This document shows positions 40,901 to 51,900 of a DNA stretch of 64,000 nucleotides, piece after piece. The notes under the pieces are model-generated. The model saw only the letters and a list, made by a program, of their open reading frames with translations. It ran no database searches and had not been told where the DNA came from. The DNA is from Trichoplax adhaerens. Taxonomy: Eukaryota > Animalia > Placozoa. The stretch lies in NCBI RefSeq assembly GCF_000150275.1, contig NW_002060943.1, positions 8,502,066 to 8,566,065 on the forward strand, in the 5' to 3' direction. Both the position numbers and the translations under genes were made by a program. Positions within the stretch are counted from its first letter, which is position 1; each line of letters opens with the position of its first letter.

Positions 40901-43900
40901 GGAAAAATAGCTAATCAAATACCGAAATTGAACACTATTATATTACTTACTAATAGAGGATAATTCTGGTCTTGTAAATTAATGGAGTTGTAATCAAAAG
41001 ATTTTCTTTGTCGAAATAATAATATACTATGATATATCAATGGTAGTAAGGCAAGTAGAGTAGCTATGTAGCGGATAGCAAAACAAATAGCCAATGCTAC
41101 TTTGCCTAAAGATAAAAATGGTAATAAAATAAAGTCACTCAGCCTAAAAATTTTAATATTAGAAGATTTATGTTAGGATATTATTTAATACAGCCCATCA
41201 TTATAATCTTCTATGAAAGAAAGTCTACTTTATATCGTATCATGCTAAGTTCCTACCTTCGCTATTGAATTGCCACCACCATTCCGAAATATCATTGAGC
41301 GTAAAGTAGCAAGTATCAACGGTCAGTACGGCTATAACGAAGATGAGGAAAGGTAATACTTGCAAGCAATGATGCATTCTTGGTCGTGCTCTTCGGTAAG
41401 CCTGCCAGATAATTAGCCATCCTAAGCTTGTACATGCCACATTAACTGCAACATAATCAGCTGGCAATTGTCTGTCATCTAGGTTAACGATAACAAAGTA
41501 ATATTTCTAACTGGACGGAAATAAATTTATGCCCATTATCGAGATATGAAACAGATAAAAGCCTTTCTAAATATAACAAAGTTAATTCTCTTCGTCAAAG
41601 TAGTAAGATATCATAATATTTCGGATATAAGAAGTAAATATATCAGTTGTTCAAGTTAACATCCATAATATATAATTAATTGAAATGTAAGACTATCAAA
41701 TTTACCGATAAATTTTATTTTCTTGCTATGTTACTGTACTATCGTTTTTAGCAATAACAACGTCGTAAAAATTATCGTTGTATGAAACATCAGGTAAATC
41801 TTGACACTTTCCGCTACATCATTTTATAGAATCGTTCAATATTGTTCATCTATAAAATGTACACATCCAAAATCCTAGCTATACCGGCTGTATCAGTTAT
41901 GACCTGATTATATATTTCCAGTAAATGGATATCAAAATCAGGGGGATTAAGTTCTAATCATTTGATAATTAATATCTCATATACTAAGTCGCTAAAATTT
42001 ACATGAAACAGTAATCCACTAGTATTGTGCCTTTACGCTGCATTCCAGTTGGCTTAATTGTTATTTATTGAGCAGAGTATCGTAAATGCAGGTAGCATAT
42101 AATAAAGACATATAAACTAGAATATTACCCTCAAGAAGTAGTTTAAATTGTTATTTTTATAATACGGAATCCTCTGCTTATTATAATAATTAGTAATAAG
42201 TACTGTGTCCAAGATAAACTGTAATTTAATAAAGTTGCCAGATGTTATAATTTTGTTATATCTTTACTTAGGTCCTTAGAAAATAGATTGTCTTTTTTCG
42301 AGAAACTTTTTTGTTAAAAAGAAAGGATGATCCTAAACCAAATCTTATAACTTCAAGTTAATAACCTTACTGGCATCCTAAGTAAGTGACTACCGTATTC
42401 TGTCATTCTGTAAGTAAGCATAATTTATTCCTTCAATTGATAGCACTAAAGTATGGATTAACATTTTAGATTGTGAAGGGTATCAATGCAGATAGTTGGG
42501 TGTCCTTATTAGTCTTCGTAGGAATTAAAGATGCAACTTTTGATCAATTTCTATATTCTCAACATCATATTTTACGGCATAACAGATTACTTCAACATTT
42601 CTAGTGTAACTATCATCTTGATTGATCGATTGATAGCTATAGGGACAGATCTTGAGTAACGATATCGGTGACATTTCATCTTACGCTAATTTTTTATACT
42701 CTCTAGAAGGGGATAATCAAATCATTAAATATCTTAAAACTTATATTAATGTCTTATAATTAGGTTAGGAGAGTTACTACCTCCTACAGTAGCTACTTTG
42801 GTCAAGACCACTCTTAACTCATGAGATTAGCAATAATATTCATTATTGCCTTTCTAAAATATGGCCTACATTAAAGAATTAAGTCGCCTGGTAGTATTGT
42901 AAAAATTACTTTTAGCCTGGATTCGTTTTTGGCATGAACGGCTATCCTCTTAAAAGGTAGTTACGAAAGGGTTAAGATTATTATTCTTTCTTTTTGTCAG
43001 CCTGTTGTTGAATTGAATCTACTTGAATATCATGATCACTATGAGACTGTAGCTATTAAACATGCATTTCGTTACTTACGATCATACAATAGTTTTAAAA
43101 ATAAATGTATATTCATAAATGATACAAGCGCTACCTAATACCAAGATTTATAGGGCAACGATAAGGAAAATCCTAAACTTGAACGCAATTCATAATTAAC
43201 CTAATATTTATCATTCATTTTTATGTAAGACACTACCCGCCCTAAAAGGTAATTTATCGGAAGTTCTTTCTGATTGCAAAAACAAGCATCGTTGAGAAAG
43301 ATATAAACTTGATAGCAAGATCATTGTCACGGTAGTCAATTCTGCCACTGCTGAAAATAAATTGACAGCAATCGAATTACTTTCCACCATAGAATAAAAC
43401 AGAGATCGCCACTGTCAAAAGTTACTGTTTAGAGGGGCTTGTCAGTATTTTCATTTCTAAGGATATATATCGACGTGGCGGAAAATTTTGTTTATCATGC
43501 ATGTATCGGCAGATTCGATGCTCTGTTTCTGTTATGAAAGCCATTACTAATAGACTAAGATTATGGTAGTAAGACATTTGATGAAAAAGCAACTGTAATT
43601 GATAAAGTAAATAGTAGTGAATACAATTTCTGCATTGCAAGATTATTAACTGAGAAAGATTGACAGTCAAAAAGAAGGTTCGTACAGCAAGCGGACAATA
43701 CAATATAATAATCCATTCCAAATTGTTCTGCTGTCATGTAAACCTTTAAAATACGGTAGTCAAGTTAATAAGTCATTCGGCGTTATTCTTAGGCCAATGA
43801 CTTTAGTTTGCAACTTACCGGTAAAGATAGACAAAATGGTTGAAACGAACCAAGTTAACAAGATAAGTATACCAATAGCAAGAAAAATTTGGTTACATAA

Positions 43901-44128
43901 TCGGATTGCTTTTATTTGCTGTCTTTGTTGTTGATTCGTTCTATTCGGCCAACAAGCTGAAAAGTAACTTTGAATTAAGACAATCAAGGCAGAAAGTAAT
44001 AATAAACCAGCGGCAGTAAAAGTTTGATAGTAGCACAAAGTTAAAAGTTCTTTTAGTGAAATAGTTAGCGATAATCCATTATATCCAGTACAAAATGGAT
44101 AAGTTTTGTTAAGTTGAGTGGTAGACAT
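34943..44128 (-). CDS. Divergent ABCB6 paralog with a degenerate nucleotide-binding domain (candidate pseudo-ATPase half-transporter), 23 exons
   Basis: Approximate exons: 44128-43819, 41478-41257, 41105-40951, 40256-40168, 40035-39948, 39774-39682, 39464-39362, 39229-39131, 38955-38835, 38686-38577, 38451-38386, 38044-37919, 37828-37752, 37380-37323, 37157-37072, 36944-36887, 36774-36670, 36316-36243, 36137-36037, 35941-35820, 35628-35539, 35301-35233, 34994-34943. They splice through GT-AG introns into one open frame collinear with ABCB6 (LPADY, EWWWQ, VPTICD, NAWIG, NYETV, VGDLVLF, GYDTLIG, IAIARVILKDP). Confidence 0.85.
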
Positions 44129-46129
44129 ATTGATAGGTGATACTTTCCGATTTATTGACACGCGTTTTGACGCTTAATATTTAACAGATCGGCTATTATG
44201 ATCCGGCATAATTCTGGTAATTGTATTATTGAGTCAAAATTGTCAATTGATCTACAGGAATATGTCCTGATTTATCCTTGAATAATAGGCAATTTGTATA
44301 ATGTATTGTGATAATGCTTTTGAATATCACAAGTTCTAGACGAATAAGATAGATTGATGCCATCATCATGAATGTGATTATTACCTTGGACAATATAATG
44401 GCTTAATTTTGTATTGAGGCTATTATTAGATAAAGTAGCAGGATGCTATGGCTTGATCCAATCACGCATTGTCCAGTGAGAACATTTAATAGCACCATAC
44501 TTGAAAATAGTTTAGTTTCAACATTGTTATGACATAAAAGTAAAATGACTTTTTTTAGAAAGAGGAATAGCCTGGTTCATATTGTTTATCGAATTGATTT
44601 TGAATAGTATCAACATCGAATCAGTCAATCCTTTGCAGCGATGCATCGATGATTATAAATGCTGATTTGGATATCCTGATTTTAATATTTGATAAAGTAC
44701 ATAGCGTACAATAATACTAAATTAGATGAAATTGACAATCTTGACACAGATTTCATACTTTATAGTCGTGCTTTTATTGGTTTTTAGTGAATAAATTATG
44801 AATAGTCAATAGTACAATTTCATAAAATTCTTGGATTTCCATCGATAGGCAATGAAAAATGGCTTAAAATCTTCTTAATAGTGCCAGTAGTAGTTTTAGG
44901 AAACTATTAATAACTAAATATTTTTTGAGTATCATATTAAATTCCATTTCATGATGTAGCACCATTTAAACTGTATCAAAGATGGAGAAAACGATTTGGA
45001 AGTTAACGATTTAGATCAATTTAGTGGCCATAAGCTACCGTACTTATTCTTCATAACGACTGTAATCGTACATTATTTAACAGCAATTGTAGTTCGATAT
45101 TTCAAGTCAAATTTTTTATTTAAACAAGTTAAATATCCTTGAAACTTCAATCTGATATCGCAAGACCATTATTATTGATTGGTATAAGATTGTTAATTTT
45201 ATAGCAATAATTCTAATACGGAGATTAAATACTTTGAAGTCGAAGGTTTCGTACTAAAATTGAGTACATATCATTTGATCGGCTCTTTAAAGCTACTTTT
45301 ACGTCTCATTGGCGTGGAGTGTGAAACCGCTTAAAATTTAATTTATAAAGCAGCATATTGTAGTTGGTCATAGAGTCTATTTGCAATAAATCTTATTTCA
45401 AATTGTACAGTATACTGATTAAGCTAATATTTCTTGATTGTGGGAGAAAGGTCTTGAAATTTAGCATTTCTTTGCATGTTGACAGAGTTTGGATATTGTA
45501 GCTAACAAGAGGAGTGACATACCAATATTCTTTGTATCTTATCCGTTTAACATCTTACAAAACTTTACATTGCGATCTACGATAGCAATTTTGATATAGA
45601 AGTAGGATAATTGATAATCTTAATCCAATAGATTAAGATGCTATCACAGAATGAATTCAATTTCATAAGGCTACTCTAAAATATCAGCTGATATAAGACG
45701 CAAAGCTGATATATTCTAATGCAATTGGCAATTCTGACATATTGTGCAAATGTGTTTTTTGTAATTTACAGTTGTAGTTTAGGCATAAGATTTATACGAA
45801 TATCATCACAACATCATTTCCGTTTCTTTGGCCTGCACAAATTTTGAGTACTGTTATCGCTATATATAATGAAGATCTGTATATTATGCTACAGCGATTT
45901 TGACATAAATACTGGGTACTCTGTAGCGACAATTCTTTATTGCCATCTCATTTTTCGAGCTATTTTGGAGTTAAATCGATTACTTGTGGAATAAAAAATA
46001 AACGTACAATATGTAGCAGTAGTTCTGAAGTAGATTTTATCCATTACTTTCTATTCCTTTATTTTCATTCGAAAACCTGTTTTGACATTGAAATCGATAC
46101 AGATTAAAAAATAAATGCATCTAGTAGTA

Positions 46130-47190
46130 ATTCTGAGTTAAATATTGCAGTACGCATTATACTAAATATTAATTTTATTTCATTAGCAGATTAAATGCTA
46201 GAGAAAAATGAATTGAATTTCATGATAGTTTTTACGATTACATTAATACAGATACTGTCTCTTAGATACTAGAAGTACTTAGAACTTGCAATTATGAAGT
46301 CAATCTTTACCAAGCCTACTTCCATTACAATTGATGAATGAGCCAAGGCTGAATGCGTTGTTACATATTATATTTATTTATCATTAATAGTACTTTTATT
46401 TCGTTGGCAGATTAAATGCTAGAGAAAGGTTAACTCAATTTGGTATAGTTTGTAATTTCATTGATATAGACACTGTCTCTTGGACATTAGAATTGCTTAG
46501 AATTTGCAATGATGAGGTCAATTTTTTTCCAAGCCTACTACAATTGTACTTAGTCTATGAATTTAGACTGGATATGATATTAGTATTATATTTATCCATA
46601 CTTGATAGTATTTTTATTTTGTTTGCAGATTCAACGTTAGAGAAAAGTGTAGTGAATTTGTTATAGTTTTTAGCATTCATTGATATAGACTCTAGAATTG
46701 TTTAAAATTTGCAATTACGAAGTCAATTTTTACCAGGCCTGCCTCAATTATACTTGGTTCATCAGTCCCAAACTGAATTTGAGGTTACTCATTATATTTA
46801 GTGTTATTAGTATTTTTGTTTCGTTAGTAGATTACATGCTAGAGGAAAGTTAACTAAAGTTGGTATAGTTTTTAGGTTTTATGATTCCATTGATATTGAC
46901 ACGGTCTGTTCCATAGTAGAATTGCTTAGAATTTGTAATCATACTTGGTCCATCAGCCCCAGACTGAATTTTGAGGTTACGCATTATATTTGCGCTTAAT
47001 AGTACTTTTATTTCGTTAGTAGATTAAATGCTATAGAAAAATTCACTAAATTTGGTATAGTTTTTAATTTTTACGATTCCATTGATATTGCTAACATCTA
47101 TTCCATAGTAGAATTGCTTAGAATTTGTAATTATGAGGACAACTTTTACCAAGCCTGCTTCAATTACACTTGGTCTATGAGCTCAGACTG
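46130..47190. repeat. Diverged tandem repeat, ~190-220 bp x5
   Basis: Anchor ttttatttcgttagtagattaaatgctagagaaa recurs near 46173, 46394, 46612, 46814 and 47006; shared agaattgcttagaatttg and ccaagcct blocks. Confidence 0.88.
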
Positions 47191-48483
47191 ATACCTACTG
47201 ATGCACTTGTGAGTAACGATAGTCAATTAGTTTATTGACAGGGATATGCGTATAATCGACGAAGAGCATTCGATCTAGTTTAGAGTTTCATATCAATCAG
47301 ATAACAAAAATGATCAACGAATACAAGTAGCGTAATAATGCAAGGATATTAAGATTAAGTAATAAAATAAATAAATAGAATGCTGAAAGGATTAAAAATC
47401 GGTACGGATACACTTGTGAAATGATACCTATTGCCCCGATCTAGCCATTTTATTGATATTGTCTATGATACGAACATCCAGTTGATACTGAGTAAGTATA
47501 CTAATAATGTAATTGATTATTATACATATATATTACTGATTTTGGGTTAGAAGATGGATTTATTTAGATGAATAATATTACGATTGTTACTATCTTCATC
47601 TGTCGCTTAAAGTAGTTCATTATATGTGGTACATCATTATTATTACATATGCATAATGTAATTTCATATAGCTGTGTTTGGGATTATTATTTGACTTACC
47701 ATTTTCGATCTATACTCGTATTTACAATTATCTCCAAAGTTATGGGCGCAATGTTGTGGCATTTTGGGTAGGATAGTATTTGATCTCGTATCAGTAAAGA
47801 TCATACTTAATAGCTGGCACTGCAGTGAAAGATATATACAGTACTATGATTGCAGTCATTATGTATGACCAAGGACTACATCAAACTGTTTCAAACTATC
47901 TTCTCCCACCAAAATGATACTCCACAATTTATGACTCCATTTTTGAAGGAATGAGCGTTGGTGACTATCATAACTATTGGACCAGAGGGAGATTGTTTAG
48001 GCGGGGAAATCTGACTGTCTGGATGCGCCACATTTCCCTGATTGGCTAAAAATATTTGAAAAGATAGAAGAAAGTGCTTCCAGCAATCTATTTGATCGGC
48101 CACTTCTCTGATCGATAACTGATTACTCTCTTAGCTTTATTGGATGAAGAGGAGGATTTAATAGGCCCCAAGTAGAACATCAATAACTACGTATATTCAT
48201 TTTTAATTTTTATTATCAGAAATGGAATTAGTATGGCAAGGTGTGCCAGTTGGGCTAGTAAGGAGTTGAAACTGTGCCATTCAGTGCAACCGCACCGGGC
48301 GCATTCCAATATTGACTTTTTACTTATTGTATGAAAATGTGGATGACGCAAGAGTTGTGGTGTTTTCACTTCAGCCACATTGGCAGTTGATTGAATTGCG
48401 CATGCTTCAGCCGCTCCATTGACTACAGATTGTTCACAGTCAGTACCAACCAGCCAATTCATTGTCAACCGTAGTCAGATTTA

Positions 48484-48780
48484 TACAGTACTGTACGTAC
48501 GCGTACACTACTGTATACTGGGTCATACTGTATAGAAGTAATAATTCGTTTTTTTTTTGAGCTACTTGTGGTACAGGCCTTACAGTACAACCCGTTTACA
48601 GTGTACAGTATACAGTACTGTACACTGTACAGTACAGTTCTTTACTAGCTTTGATTGAGTCTTTCATACTGTACTGTACTGTATTGTACTGTACAGTACA
48701 GTACACTGTAAAACATACCCTACAGTACTTCCTGTACAGTGTACAGTACAGTATATCACCGACTAACAGAAAAGTACAGG
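48484..48780. repeat. CAGTA/TACTG pentamer-rich palindromic patch upstream of the IgGFc-domain gene
   Basis: Dense tactg/cagta units in both orientations; perfect palindrome tgtactgtacagtaca at 48685-48700. Confidence 0.8.
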
Positions 48781-48954
48781 GTATTTTTCTAATAGTCATC
48801 AGGGACTGGATACTACAAGTGTTTATTTATTTATTATTTTTGTCGTCGTAGTAGACTTTCGTCTTCGTCTTACTAGTGGAAGTGTTGGTTGTTGGGAGAA
48901 AATTACTGTCGAGTTTATTTCATTGATACTTCAAAATTGGAATTCAACAGCCAA

Positions 48955-51900
48955 ATGTGGAATATTAAAGTACTTCTATTTATCTCCCTTTGGGCATATT
49001 TAGAGGCAAAAGGTAAGTGATTTGACTGAAGAAAAATGTCTTTTTATCACATGGACAGTCAACTATTTCTTCATCTTTGTGAATAAATCACCAACCGGTG
49101 CTAAAGACTCCAAAGCTGTACTCTACAGTACGATCACTAAAAGTTAACATTTTTTCAGACTATCCATCATCACAGTAGGAAATAGATGGGATTTGAAATG
49201 AGTGATTTTTATGACTAGTCAATTCTGTAAGAATTAAAAAAATGCGGTAGATTTGGCTCGCGCACCAAAGAAAATCACTACACCGTCATGACCGTACGTA
49301 CAGTACAAGGCACTCAGTGACAGAGTAAAGTACTGTACTTGACTAGTCGTAACCAAGTTATTGTTTTCTACAGTATAGTATGGTTCCGCATCTTGATGTT
49401 CCTTTTTGTCACACCTCTATTCTTGGAGAATGGAATGGGCCAAGCAAGCCAGCTAGGATGAATCTGATCCGATGAATCTTCCATAAATACACGACATTAT
49501 TGTCATACTGACTTGACCATCTTGACAATTTTCTCATAGCGAAGATTTATCAAATTATCCATCTCGTGACAAAATGATACTGAAGCGTATAAAGAAAGTA
49601 ATTAGAATAAAAGTAAATAAACTGGGAATTTTTTCATTATTTAGTTATCCCGTCAATAAAATATAATCATTTGGATAATGTATCATTCGTTTAGTTAATC
49701 CTGTCATTTTACTTTACATTCTTCTTTTTGGGTACAGTCGCTTCAAGTTTACGTTCTTATTCTGCTCTCCTCGTCATTTTAACCAAAGTCAAGGGTTGTA
49801 GTGCACATTCCTTCTTTCAATGGAATAAGCCTTTAAGCTTTTACCGGCGCATTATTATTTTTCTCTTTCTATTGATTGACGGTGTCAATCGAGGCTATTG
49901 TACATTGTAAAATACTATAAGATCGTTTCTAAGTACTTATTCGTACTTTTCACAATGGATTATAATTGTCGATATTGGAGCGTTTTCCATTGGAAAGCAA
50001 AAAATTCGCCATGCATTTCATGTGAGAAAATGTTGGCCGGCCCACTTTCGTATTTTTACATACAGTACGCTTCTAATTATAATTTCAGCGCCTTCCACTC
50101 TATGCTAATAATTATACAGTATATTATATATAATTATTGTCATTCTTGTGTACTGTATTAGCCAATTTGCCCCCTTAACAATAGGATTGTAGGGAGTACT
50201 GGTAGTAATAGTAATTGCACGTGATTGAAAATTATCACCACACGTACAGTACTATACCGTCCTTATTTATATACGGCAGGCACTGAGCCGTTATTGAGTT
50301 TCGCGGTATCAATTATATCGGATTAATTGATTTCTTTTTCTCTTTGTTGACTACTAGTCATGGATGGACTGGTAGGGCTGACTAAAATAATAATTATTAT
50401 TATTATTAGTTTGAATTTGTCCGAATGTGTGTAGCTACATTTATTAAGAGCTTCAAATTCAGTCATCTGGGCTACAGGATTAAAAAGAAAATTTTCGATT
50501 GTTTTCTAACAACCGTTATGCAGTTAGACAATTACAATTAGTCAGTATATCGGCATATTACAGATGCCAACGAATAATCAGGGTTTTATCAACAAAGATA
50601 ACGATGATTAATAACAAATGATGTGTACACTACTAAAAGAATGTCACCAGAGTAAATAAGTATTTTATCTACTGTAGTACTATCGACAAACTTCAGAAAA
50701 TACTCTAAATAGTGTTATGTAGAATTTGCATCTGTTAAACCGTAGTTCTGGAATTATCGGAATTTCATACCTTCAATAAGGATGGATGAAAGCGGTAGTC
50801 AATCAAGCGATTGGATATCTTGGTTTAGACACTTATTATGCAAACTATAGCATACAAGTTATCTAATTTCCTGAACTATCCATTGTGTAGTTTATAGGAA
50901 GACATATGCTTCCGTACCACACTTTACGATCTAAATATAAATCATCGTCATGATGTCATTGATTGTTTTCTTTCTTTTATCCCTTAATTAATATAGCGAT
51001 ACAAAACAATGTCGGACAAGATTTCGTTGTGACTTACCTGGAAAGCGATCATAAAGTGGATAGCGTAGGTATGACCGTTATTGCGGTTAAAACTACTGAA
51101 ATAATTATCCTAACTGACGACGACGAAGCTTATAAATTTGAACTGGAAGCTGGGGCATCGAAAACATTAACATTATCTCGTAATCGTCGCCAAAGTGGTG
51201 CGACAATAAGCTCTAATGTGGTTCAAGTTAGTGCGACTGAGGATATTATAGTTTATGGTATGAATTGCGTCTTGTCACCTTCAGATGGATTTCTTGCTTT
51301 ACCAACGACTTCACTCGGAAAGGAGTATGTCATTGCCAGCTTTAAACCAACTTCTGCATCACAATTCTCTATTACAGCTGTAGAAGATAATACTCTGATC
51401 AATATTAGCTTAGTGCAGTCTCCTGATAAGAATTCTCAAAGATATCAACAAATACAACTTAATCGGCTTCAAACATATCATTTCAAGGACGAACACACTG
51501 ATTTAACGGGAAGTATTGTAAATTCTGATAAGCCTGTTGCAGTAATAAGTGGCAATAAATGTGCTCGATTGACGCTAAATCAGGAGCACTGCAATTTTAT
51601 TGTTGAACAACTATTGCCAGTTAAAGCATGGGGTAATCACTTCATTAATGTTCCTGTTCCGGGCGAAGAACATAGTCAGGAGAATATCTTTCGTCTTATT
51701 AGCGCTTTTGATGGGACCAATGCCAATATTACTATCGCAGATACAACCAAGAAGGTAACAATTAATAGAGGGCATTATCACGAATTACATGTTCCATCCG
51801 ACGCAGATTTTCATATAACGACGTCAAAGCCTTGCTCAGTTATGCTATACATTAAGGGAATACCGGGAAAGAATGGGTTTTCAAGGCCTGTCCTGATGTC

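Noticed and set aside
34943-44128. Calling the ABCB6 paralog a pseudogene
   Set aside because: No stop or frameshift was found in 23 hand-assembled exons and all splice sites are GT-AG; a suspected frameshift in the Q-loop exon disappeared on re-reading.
46130-47190. Leucine-rich-repeat or other repeat-protein CDS
   Set aside because: Stops recur at equivalent positions in the frames checked, unit lengths vary by indels, and there is no LRR consensus.
48596-48851. Two opposite-strand ORFs rich in YCTVQ
   Set aside because: Translations of the palindromic CAGTA/TACTG low-complexity patch.
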